DNA of 64,000 nt from Candidatus Levyibacteriota bacterium (lineage in GTDB: Bacteria > Patescibacteriota > Microgenomatia > Levybacterales > UBA12049). Location of the stretch: positions 466,915-530,914 of the forward strand of contig JACOXU010000001.1 in NCBI GenBank assembly GCA_016182185.1, given 5' to 3'. The position numbers and the translations under genes were made by a program. The notes under the pieces are model-generated. The model was not told the origin of the DNA. It saw nothing but the letters and a program-made list of their open reading frames with translations, and did no database searches. Below are positions 8,363-16,782 of this stretch, piece after piece (position 1 is the stretch's first letter; each line of letters starts with the position of its first letter).

Positions 8363-8371
8363 GCCAAAAAC

Positions 8372-9124
8372 CTATTTCCTAGGAATTTCTACCAGAGGAA
8401 CCAACCTCAAGCGCGGAGAGACATAGTCAGGATTCCAGAAACCGCCATCGAAACCACGAGTCCCAGGCCAACGGCCCGCGATGGCACGGCTGGCACCTGG
8501 TTGATCATTTTCATATGTATCAGTCCATGTATAGTTGTATCCGTAATCTTTTCCGTGAACTCTTACGCCGGTCTTCTTAAAATGTTTTAAGGCAAGTTCA
8601 GGCCATTCCGGAAAATGACCAACTCTTGTAACAAGCCCTGCTCCGGTATAATCCCTTTCGACTTTCATTTTTCTTTCTTCAAGAAGAACCAATTGATCCT
8701 CATATGGAATATCTTGGCTTCCTTTCAGATAAAACTCGGCCGGGTCTTTTGAAAATGCCAGAAGCGCAGGCTCGGCTGTCAAATCTTCAAGAGTAGGATT
8801 TAAATACCAGTATTTCATTCCTTCTCCTCGCAGACTTGCCGGGGTTTTGCCTGAAGTTTCATAGACGGCGAATCCATCTTTCTCCATATGTTCAACCAAC
8901 TTTTGGATCTCAGGGGATAAAGGAGATCTGACAACTTCTACTCTTGTAGCCTGTACCGCCGCATTTTCAGGTCTTACTTGTGATCTGGGAACTGCAATCT
9001 CACCATAAGCCTCTCTCCAAGTTTTTGAAGCGGCTATAAGCGTTCTTGCGAGACCACTTTTCGCCTTATCAGTTTTATCTGATTTAATATTTTTTCTTAA
9101 CTCTCTTTCAAGAAACTGAGACAT
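8372..9124 (-). CDS. DGR variable (target) protein with a C-terminal C-type-lectin/FGE-like variable region.
   Basis: 250-aa ORF whose last ~40 codons (YENDQPGASRAIAGRWPGTRGFDGGFWNPDYVSPRLRLV) are encoded by the VR. YNYTWTDTY resembles the GNVWEW motif of CLec-fold DGR targets. No signal peptide or TM helix was seen. Confidence 0.7.
   Translation of the reverse strand: MSQFLERELRKNIKSDKTDKAKSGLARTLIAASKTWREAYGEIAVPRSQVRPENAAVQATRVEVVRSPLSPEIQKLVEHMEKDGFAVYETSGKTPASLRGEGMKYWYLNPTLEDLTAEPALLAFSKDPAEFYLKGSQDIPYEDQLVLLEERKMKVERDYTGAGLVTRVGHFPEWPELALKHFKKTGVRVHGKDYGYNYTWTDTYENDQPGASRAIAGRWPGTRGFDGGFWNPDYVSPRLRLVPLVEIPRK
8393..8500 (-). repeat. DGR variable repeat (VR) at the 3' end of the target gene.
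   Basis: Homologous to TR 7984-8091, with 20 substitutions confined to template adenines. It ends 18 nt before the target stop codon. Confidence 0.8.
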
Positions 9125-9165
9125 AATTACGCTTTATATCACAACTATAAGGTATTTGTCAACTA

Positions 9166-11481
9166 TTAATAGGTGTCTTTTCTGAAGCGTGGTCTTCTTT
9201 GAGGAAAACCTCCCCTACTACCTCTCTCTTGTGCTCTTTCTCTTTTGAACTGTCTTGCCAACGGATGTTCTTCTACAGGAGGTCGTCTTTGAAAACTTTT
9301 ATCTTCGTGTCCATGTCTTTCAGGACGTACGCCGCCAGAACTCTGAGAGGCTGGACGCTGACGATCTCGACCCTGTGCCTGTTCACCAAATAGCATTGAC
9401 AGATTTAATCTGCCCTGTTCATCTTTTTCTAACACTCTTACTTTTACTTTTTGCCCGATCGATACCACGTCATTTGGATTTTTGACAAACTCTGTGGACA
9501 TTTGTGAAACATGAACCATTCCCTCTTTGCCTGGCAGCATCTCTACAAATACACCAAAAGGCAGAATTCGTTTTACTTCTCCTTCAAATTCTTCCCCCGG
9601 AACAATCTCTTTAGTTAATCCCTGCACCCATTCAACTGCTTTTTGAACTGCTTCCTCTGTGGTACCTGATATTGCCACAGATCCATCATCTTCAACATCT
9701 ACAGTTGCTCCCGTTTGAGAAATAATATTTCTTATGGTTTTTCCTCCCGGACCAATTACTTCTCCGATTTTCTCAACGGGGATATGGATAAGTTCGATTT
9801 TGGGAGCATATTGGGAAACTTCTCCCCTTGATTTTGGCATAACAGAAAGCATTTTTTCCAAAATTGAAAGGCGGGCAATTTTTGCTTTTTCAAGTGTTTC
9901 TCTTATCTGATCTATAGTTAAGCCTGATGATTTTACATCCAGCTGAATTGCCGTGACTCCCTGTGTCGACCCTGCAACTTTAAAGTCCATATCGCCTGAA
10001 AAATCCTCAAGCCCTAAAATATCAGTCAATATAAGATAGTTTTTCTCATCGGACATCATACCCATTGCGATTCCTGAAACAGGATTTTTTATAGGAACTC
10101 CTGCATCCATAAGCGCTAATGTTGAGCCACAGGTTGCGGCCATAGAAGTTGACCCGTTGGATGATAAAACTTCTGTAACCACTCTAATTGTATAGGGAAA
10201 TACCTCCTGTTTTGGAATAACTGCCAGAAGTGCCCGCTCGGCCAAAGATCCATGCCCGATTTCACGTCTTGAAGGAAATCCGACTCTTCCTGTCTCTCCC
10301 ACAGAATAAGGAGGCATTGAATAATGATGCATATAACTTTTTGTTTCTTCTCCTCCTGCAGATTCAACTAACTGCTCAAGCTTCGGGGAGCCCAATGTAG
10401 CAACTGTTAATGCCTGCGTATCTCCTCTTTGGAAAATTGCTGATCCATGAGTTCTTGGAAGAATAGAAACATGGGAACTTATCTGACGAACCTCATCAAT
10501 TCCGCGGCCATCAGGCCTTTTCTTGCTTTTTATAATATTACTTTTTATAATCTTGAAGAGCACCGTCTCAACTCCCTTTGCTACTAATTTTTTGTCGATT
10601 TCCATATCAGGATTTGCCATTTTTTCTTCTTCAAAAATCTTATTGATCAAATCACTTGAAGATGAATTTGATTCTTTTCCGGCTCTTTCGGGAATCAGAG
10701 CTGAGATTTCGTCTTTATATGTTTTTTCCAGTCTTTGGATAAGTTCAAAAAGATTCGTATTTGGAGAAACTGCCTCTTTCTTTGCTCCTGTTTTTTTTAC
10801 AAAATCCTCTATCAAGCCAATTATTTTTTTGTTTTCTTCACTTGCCTTACCGATTGCCTCAAGGATAATATTCTCTCCGATTTCCAAAGCTCCCGCCTCA
10901 AGCATGAGAGTTTTTTCTTTCGTCTGGGTAACTACCAGATCAAGTTCTGAAAATTCAGTCTCTGCTATTCCGGAGTTTATAATGTATTCTGTATTTCCGT
11001 TGTCTTTTTCTTTTATAAAACCTACTCTTGTTGCTCCAATCGGGCCGTTCCACGGAACAGGAGAGATAGAAAGCGCCGCTGATGTAGCAATTATTGATAA
11101 GATATCGGGTTCATTTTCTCCATCTACAGATAAAACAGTCACAACTATCTGAACTTCTTTTTTGTATTCTTTTGGGAATAGAGGTCTTATTGAGCGGTCG
11201 ATAAGCCGTGCCGTGAGTATAGCATCGTCACTTGGCCTTCCTTCTCTTTTGACCCAGCGGCTTCCTTTTATTCTCCCGCCGGCATAAAGCCTTTCTACAT
11301 ATTCAACCGTAAGGGGAAAATAATCTATATCTTCCCTCTCTTTTCCTGCCACAAGGGTTACTAATACCATTGTATCCCCGAGTCTTCCGAGAATTGATGA
11401 TGTTGCCTGTTTCGCAAGTTCTCCGGTTTCAAGCGTGAGTGTCTTTCCGGCTAATTCTAAACTAACTGAGGTTTTATTCAT
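9166..11481 (-). CDS. pnp: Polyribonucleotide nucleotidyltransferase (PNPase) with an unusual ~70-aa Arg/Gln-rich C-terminal tail.
   Basis: 771 aa with two RNase PH domains, KH and S1 domains (GEVKRILPFGVFVEM), immediately downstream of rpsO as in the conserved rpsO-pnp operon. Confidence 0.9.
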   Translation of the reverse strand: MNKTSVSLELAGKTLTLETGELAKQATSSILGRLGDTMVLVTLVAGKEREDIDYFPLTVEYVERLYAGGRIKGSRWVKREGRPSDDAILTARLIDRSIRPLFPKEYKKEVQIVVTVLSVDGENEPDILSIIATSAALSISPVPWNGPIGATRVGFIKEKDNGNTEYIINSGIAETEFSELDLVVTQTKEKTLMLEAGALEIGENIILEAIGKASEENKKIIGLIEDFVKKTGAKKEAVSPNTNLFELIQRLEKTYKDEISALIPERAGKESNSSSSDLINKIFEEEKMANPDMEIDKKLVAKGVETVLFKIIKSNIIKSKKRPDGRGIDEVRQISSHVSILPRTHGSAIFQRGDTQALTVATLGSPKLEQLVESAGGEETKSYMHHYSMPPYSVGETGRVGFPSRREIGHGSLAERALLAVIPKQEVFPYTIRVVTEVLSSNGSTSMAATCGSTLALMDAGVPIKNPVSGIAMGMMSDEKNYLILTDILGLEDFSGDMDFKVAGSTQGVTAIQLDVKSSGLTIDQIRETLEKAKIARLSILEKMLSVMPKSRGEVSQYAPKIELIHIPVEKIGEVIGPGGKTIRNIISQTGATVDVEDDGSVAISGTTEEAVQKAVEWVQGLTKEIVPGEEFEGEVKRILPFGVFVEMLPGKEGMVHVSQMSTEFVKNPNDVVSIGQKVKVRVLEKDEQGRLNLSMLFGEQAQGRDRQRPASQSSGGVRPERHGHEDKSFQRRPPVEEHPLARQFKRERAQERGSRGGFPQRRPRFRKDTY

Positions 11482-11751
11482 TTAATCCTTTAAGTTGAGA
11501 TTCTTCAACATTCCAGTGTGGCGGGTCTTATCTATACCCTTTAAGAAATTGATAAGTCTTCTCCTTTTTGCGATCATCGAAAGAAGGCCGCGCCTTGAAT
11601 GAATGTCATGAATGTGCTGCTTGAGATGACCTGTTAATCTTTCAATGCGGCTTGATAAAAGTGCAATCTGTACCTCAGGGCTGCCTGTATCTCCTGCTCC
11701 CGTTTGAAATTTTTTAATGATTTCCTGTTTTTGCGTTGAACTTAATGACAT
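11482..11751 (-). CDS. rpsO: 30S ribosomal protein S15.
   Basis: 89 aa: GDTGSPEVQIALLSSRIERLTGHLKQHIHDIHSRRGLLSMIAKRRRLINFL matches the S15 family closely. Confidence 0.9.
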   Translation of the reverse strand: MSLSSTQKQEIIKKFQTGAGDTGSPEVQIALLSSRIERLTGHLKQHIHDIHSRRGLLSMIAKRRRLINFLKGIDKTRHTGMLKNLNLKD

Positions 11752-11815
11752 AGAAACTAATTATAGCAATTTTTTAAATCCATCTCAAGATCGAATTCTT
11801 ATCAATCGAGGTTGA

Positions 11816-12760
11816 TTAAATATTTGTTGAGCCTTTATAGATCTTAGGCGTTAGCCATTCCATGGGAGGATTTTTTTTGGGTTTCCCTATGTTGCGAGTC
11901 TGATCCTGGGGAGGATTTTTTCTGTCTCTTCTTTCCTCTCGTCTTGCTTCTTGAAATCCTGGAGTTTTTTGAGGAGCAAAAATCGAAGACTCCTCTTCTG
12001 GCATATTTTCAGCTCTAACAGATTGTTCTACGTTCTTTCTCCTGGCGCCTTTTTTCAGAAGGTTTGCCGCCATTTCAAAGGCCAAGGAGCTTGTTCTTGG
12101 ATTTTGAAACGAAGAAGTGGCATCTTCTATCCCCAATAATAAGTTTTGCGCAATATCCGGATCCATGGGAAAGTTAAGAGATAACATAAGATCGGCAACT
12201 TTTTCAGAAACCGATGAAAATGAGGAGCTTGCCAAAACTATATCACCAAATCCTTGGTTGTCAGCTTTGTTATCAATATTTACAACGGCGGTATCCTTGA
12301 AAGCATGAGGGTCAAAAATCTTCTCAAGATCTGACAAACGAGGCGTGCCTACAACAAAAAGTAAATCCGGATTACCACTTGATCTTTTGAAGACTACATC
12401 CTTTTCGCTAAATGAGAGCCCTTCTTCGCCTGCCTTGACAATGATATTTAAGAATCCGTCCTCAAGAGTATATGAAATTTTCTCGATCTCACCTTCTTGA
12501 TATGGAAAAGAAACTGTCATATCGCCCGCTGCTTCATCAAAGCTTGATTTTACTCGATCAATTCCAAAGATCACCGAATGTTGAACTAGAGTCTCTGCTG
12601 GGCTTGCAATCGAAACATTCTTACCTTGCTTTTCCAAAGACAAATAAAGAGCCAGGGCTCCTGCCAAATCATCAATTTGGAGGGTTTTGCCCACGGCAAT
12701 TCCTATTTTGTTGGCTTTATTTATATAATCGTTGATCTGTTCAAACATTTTTTGATCCAA
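11816..12760 (-). CDS. DHH/DHHA1-family phosphoesterase-like protein (NrnA-like) with a low-complexity basic C-terminal tail. The catalytic motif may be degenerate.
   Basis: 314 aa; the position between infB and rpsO matches the conserved DHH-protein slot of the nusA-infB operon. The N-terminal IDDLAGALALYL aligns to the DHH motif region but lacks the His residues. Confidence 0.45.
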   Translation of the reverse strand: MDQKMFEQINDYINKANKIGIAVGKTLQIDDLAGALALYLSLEKQGKNVSIASPAETLVQHSVIFGIDRVKSSFDEAAGDMTVSFPYQEGEIEKISYTLEDGFLNIIVKAGEEGLSFSEKDVVFKRSSGNPDLLFVVGTPRLSDLEKIFDPHAFKDTAVVNIDNKADNQGFGDIVLASSSFSSVSEKVADLMLSLNFPMDPDIAQNLLLGIEDATSSFQNPRTSSLAFEMAANLLKKGARRKNVEQSVRAENMPEEESSIFAPQKTPGFQEARREERRDRKNPPQDQTRNIGKPKKNPPMEWLTPKIYKGSTNI

Positions 12761-12777
12761 CTTCTTTAGCTATGAAA

Positions 12778-14322
12778 TTATTCATGAGATACTAACATAT
12801 CTCCTATAGTAAAGTCAAGGAGAGGAGACAGTATTACTCCTGCCTCACTTCCCTTCTCGGCTTTTGAAACCTGAGTTTTACCTTGACGAACTGAGGTTAT
12901 AGTACTTTCGCCAATTATGTCTTCTCCTCTTATTAACCTTGTTTTATCTCCCCTTGCTATTCTTCCATCTACAACTTTTACTCCAAGAGCTTTTGTTTTC
13001 TCAAACGGAAATGAAGCCAGAATTTTTGCGGTGCCAAAGATTTCTTCCTGGGCGGAAATCTGTTTTCCCTCAAGAACATCTTTTAATTCATCTATCAGTT
13101 CGTAAATTAATGAATAATTCTTTGCGAGTATTTTCTCGGTTTTGGCAAGCTTGAGAATATCAGGCTTTATTTTTATGTTAAATCCTAAGACTAATGCCTT
13201 GATCGATTTGGCAAAAATAATATCTGCCGGTGTAATGTCTCCTGTTTTTTGTTTGGCAACGTTTATTTCAGGCGGAAGTGCATTTATGATTGCCTCAAGC
13301 GATCCTAACGTGTCTGCGCAAAGAACAATAGATAAAATTGGTTCTTCTTTTTCAAAAAAATTAAGCGGGGAGCTTGCAAAATTTTCTTCGCGAGTATTTG
13401 CGCCGGATGCGCCTTGATTTACAGAGGAAACCTTACCCGCGTTACGAGCGGGAAAATTCTTGGAAGCGACCTCAGCTTGTCCTTTCTTTATAACTAACGA
13501 TCCAACTTGCGGAGCTTTATCAAATCCCAAAACTTCGACTGCATCTCCAATAGATGCGCTATTTAACCGTTCTCCTTGATCATTTATAAGAGATCTTACT
13601 CGACCATTTATATCTGCGCACACAATTTCATCTCTTACATTCAAAATTCCGTTTTTTATGACTACGGTAGCAAGAGGACCTGATTTTGAATCTTGCTTTG
13701 ACTCTATAATAACGCCTCTAAGCAAATTGTCCGATATTTGAGGCTTCTCTCTCATTTCAAAAACAAGCGATATTAATCCCAAAAGTTCTTTGATATTTGC
13801 ATCTGTCTTGGCACTAACTTCAATGACCGGTATGTCTCCTCCATAGCCTTCGACTTTAATATCTTCTTTAAGCAATTGTTGTTTTACCTTTTCAGGATTT
13901 TTCTCAGGCAGATCGGATTTGGTCAGAACTACAATAAAAGGGACCTGAGCCTCTTTAAGAATCTCGATACTTTCTTTTGTTTGCGGCTTGACACCATCAA
14001 CTGATGAAATTATCAAAAGCCCTATGTCTGCGACCTGGGCTCCTCTGCCCCGCATTTTTGAAAACGCTTCGTGTCCCGGAGTATCAATAAAAGTTATATA
14101 TTTTTTATTTCCGCCCTCAATAAATTCAATTTTTGATGCTCCAATTTTTTGTGTAATACCGCCGGATTCTCTTTGGGCTACATTTGTCTTTCTGATGGCA
14201 TCAAGAAGAGTCGTTTTGCCATGATCGACATGACCCAAAACCGCTAGGACCGGAGGAAATTCCGGGGTGAGCTTAATTGGAGTTGATTTTGAGCTGATAA
14301 TTTTTTTGTTGTCTTTACGCAT
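12778..14322 (-). CDS. infB: Translation initiation factor IF-2, short form.
   Basis: 514 aa with the G-domain motifs VLAVLGHVDHGKTTLLD, DTPGHEAF and TKSD, plus the C-terminal beta-barrel domains. Confidence 0.9.
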   Translation of the reverse strand: MRKDNKKIISSKSTPIKLTPEFPPVLAVLGHVDHGKTTLLDAIRKTNVAQRESGGITQKIGASKIEFIEGGNKKYITFIDTPGHEAFSKMRGRGAQVADIGLLIISSVDGVKPQTKESIEILKEAQVPFIVVLTKSDLPEKNPEKVKQQLLKEDIKVEGYGGDIPVIEVSAKTDANIKELLGLISLVFEMREKPQISDNLLRGVIIESKQDSKSGPLATVVIKNGILNVRDEIVCADINGRVRSLINDQGERLNSASIGDAVEVLGFDKAPQVGSLVIKKGQAEVASKNFPARNAGKVSSVNQGASGANTREENFASSPLNFFEKEEPILSIVLCADTLGSLEAIINALPPEINVAKQKTGDITPADIIFAKSIKALVLGFNIKIKPDILKLAKTEKILAKNYSLIYELIDELKDVLEGKQISAQEEIFGTAKILASFPFEKTKALGVKVVDGRIARGDKTRLIRGEDIIGESTITSVRQGKTQVSKAEKGSEAGVILSPLLDFTIGDMLVSHE

Positions 14323-14467
14323 ATTCCTGATTCAAATTCTAAATTCGAATATCTAAATCCTAAATAAATTCCAATTTTAAAATTTCCAAATTTCCTAAAC
14401 ATAGGTTTTGGATTTTGTTTTTCGGTTATTTAAATTTATTTGTGATTTGCGATTTGGAAATTGAAAT
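14323..14467. repeat. AT-rich imperfect palindromic intergenic element rich in aaatttccaaattt/gatttggaaattgaaattt units, a member of a dispersed GGAATTT-type repeat family.
   Basis: Read directly. The left arm ...aaatttccaaatttcctaaac and right arm ...gatttggaaattgaaattt are approximate reverse complements. Related units occur at 41521-41560 and inside 59181-59300 and 59715-59835. Confidence 0.4.
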
Positions 14468-15571
14468 TTATCCCTTTTCATTTTTCTTTGATTTTACTTC
14501 AGCTTTTTTAGCCTTTGCCTTCTTGACTGCTTCTCTTACTTTTGGTTCTTCTTTTTCTTCTACCCCTTTGCCCGCCAGCTTGTCCGTCGAAACTTTAGTG
14601 GAGTCGGAAGCTTCAGCGGCGGTGGATTCGCCCTCAATTTCAATCCTGTAATCAGTCAGTTTTGAAGCAAGTCGAACATTCTGACCGTCTTTGCCAATTG
14701 CAAGCGAGAGCTCATCATTTGGAACAAATACATGGGCTGTTTCTCCTTCCTCATCTACTTCTACTCTTACATGTTTGGCAGGAGAAAGTGCTTGGGCAAT
14801 ATATTCCTTTGGATTTTCTTGCCATTGGATGATATCAATTTTTTCAAGTCCTCCAAATTCCTGAATAATCGCCTGAACTCTCACTCCTTTCTGTCCGACA
14901 CAGCTTCCGACCGGATCAATTCCTGATTGACCTGAGTATACTGCGACTTTACTTCGGCTACCAGGTTCTCTCACGATATTTTTTATCTCAACATTTCCCT
15001 GGGCGACTTCTGGAACTTCTCTTTTGAAAAGCCCAGCCAGTAGGCCGTTACTTGCTCTTGACGCGATAATCTCTTCACCCTTGAGCCCCTCTCTTATTTC
15101 TGAAAGATAAACTGTCAATCTTTGATTAAGAAAGTACTTTTCGTTTGGAATTTGTTCTGTAATGGGCATTATTGCCTCGGTTTTGCCTATATCCAAAATT
15201 ATATTTGGGCCGGCAAATCTAAGTATCATTCCATTGATGACAGTTCCGATTCTCGTCCTGTAATCTGTGAGAATAGCCTCTTTTTCCTTTTCTCTGATCT
15301 TCTGAAGAATGACTTGCTTGGCAGTCTGAGCAGCAATTCTTCCAAAACCAGGCGGAGTAACGTCTTTGTCTTTGAGAAATATTTTTGCCTCACCGGTATT
15401 TTTGTCCAAACTTGCAGAATAATCCTCGATTTCAATTCCCGGATGGTCTTTTTTGTAAGCTGCAAGAATTGCATTTTCAACCGTGTCCAAAACCACAGAA
15501 ACATCAACGCCGCGTTCATTGGCGACCTGATTAAGTGCAAGCGCAAATTCACTTCTCTGCAAAGCTGGCAT
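14468..15571 (-). CDS. nusA: Transcription termination/antitermination factor NusA with a Lys-rich C-terminal tail.
   Basis: 367 aa with an N-terminal domain, an S1 domain and two KH domains, immediately upstream of infB. Confidence 0.85.
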   Translation of the reverse strand: MPALQRSEFALALNQVANERGVDVSVVLDTVENAILAAYKKDHPGIEIEDYSASLDKNTGEAKIFLKDKDVTPPGFGRIAAQTAKQVILQKIREKEKEAILTDYRTRIGTVINGMILRFAGPNIILDIGKTEAIMPITEQIPNEKYFLNQRLTVYLSEIREGLKGEEIIASRASNGLLAGLFKREVPEVAQGNVEIKNIVREPGSRSKVAVYSGQSGIDPVGSCVGQKGVRVQAIIQEFGGLEKIDIIQWQENPKEYIAQALSPAKHVRVEVDEEGETAHVFVPNDELSLAIGKDGQNVRLASKLTDYRIEIEGESTAAEASDSTKVSTDKLAGKGVEEKEEPKVREAVKKAKAKKAEVKSKKNEKG

Positions 15572-15738
15572 AATATTTCAGGAGGTTGGAGTTAAAGAAG
15601 GCAAATAATAAATAAACTGTTCATTAAAATCTTCAAATCCTACTTCCTGTTTGTAGAGTATACCAAATTTGCCTCAATCTAGCAACGATTCAAAGCATTG
15701 ACTTTTTTAAAAGTTGGGAATAAAATGGTTCTAATTAT

Positions 15739-16782
15739 ATGGCAGCACCATTTGCAGATAGACTAAGAGGAAAACCAACGGAAGCCGAACAGCAACGAGA
15801 ACAAACTAAAAATCTTTTTAATGAAATAACTGAACTTGCTCCGCAAGCAGGTAATGATTATTACGTATCTTCTTCTTTAGCTAAAAGTTTAATTTCTTCC
15901 TCAGTGTTTGGAGGCGCTGCAAGAATTGCTGCTGATTCTCTGAATTTAAAAGAAACAGACTTGTTGTATATATCTTGGGATCCCAATAGATGGCCCGGCA
16001 CTCTTTTAATCCATAATAATAGTAATGGAACAAGAGACTTTGCTGTAGATTTTGACCGAAAAACATTCAAGATGGAAGGCGTCAGAATAGAGAACAAACC
16101 ATTTCATAATAACGACCAATCCGTTTTAAATGGTCTGCTTGAGTCCATTAGAGATGACCTCGTTAAGAGAAGAGGGCAATGGAAGCATGATTTAGGAAAG
16201 CAACGTCGTGAATTTGTTGAAAGACTTGATCTTCAAGAAGCCTTAGTTTTAACTCGTGTCATGGATTCACTAGCTGATACGTTTTTGGATACTTGTAACT
16301 ACTCGATATTTGGAGTTGTTGAAAATAAAGACGGAGAAGATAGTACGACCAAAAACAAAGATCAGACAAAAGTACTTAGATTATTCGTCACAGAACCAAT
16401 AACAGAAGAAGTAGCGGTCAAAGTTTCCAGAGACATTGATGATAATTCAGTAATTGATAGTTATTATGTAAATAAATTAAATCAACCACCCATCACTAGC
16501 TCTACGATAGACACTAGAATGTTGGTGCTACGTTATTCAGATTTTCAAGTTCAAGTTGAAAATTTCTGGCCCGCAACTAATAGAGACAACCATACAATTC
16601 TTGACAGATCGATCACAGAAAGATTTTTTGAAGCATTCCTAGAAGGTCACGGGCAAGCAATCCGTCCTCTAAGTTCTGCTCAGGATTCAGTTCTTTTAGA
16701 ACAATGGGTAGATTTTGAAGATTTCTTTGATACCGAGATCAATGAAACACCTAATGCGCCTAAGAGTCCTGTGACCGCATAG
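15739..16782 (+). CDS. Hypothetical cytoplasmic protein with no recognisable motifs.
   Basis: 347-aa ORF on the opposite strand to the surrounding housekeeping genes. It overlaps the 3' end of the ClpC-like gene by 23 nt, convergently. Confidence 0.4.
   Translation: MAAPFADRLRGKPTEAEQQREQTKNLFNEITELAPQAGNDYYVSSSLAKSLISSSVFGGAARIAADSLNLKETDLLYISWDPNRWPGTLLIHNNSNGTRDFAVDFDRKTFKMEGVRIENKPFHNNDQSVLNGLLESIRDDLVKRRGQWKHDLGKQRREFVERLDLQEALVLTRVMDSLADTFLDTCNYSIFGVVENKDGEDSTTKNKDQTKVLRLFVTEPITEEVAVKVSRDIDDNSVIDSYYVNKLNQPPITSSTIDTRMLVLRYSDFQVQVENFWPATNRDNHTILDRSITERFFEAFLEGHGQAIRPLSSAQDSVLLEQWVDFEDFFDTEINETPNAPKSPVTA

Noticed and set aside
8372-9124. Horizontal acquisition of the DGR target inferred from high GC
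   Set aside because: The elevated GC is concentrated in the VR, where A-to-N mutagenesis necessarily raises GC relative to the A-rich TR. The rest of the gene is only modestly above the local GC, so composition alone is not evidence of transfer.
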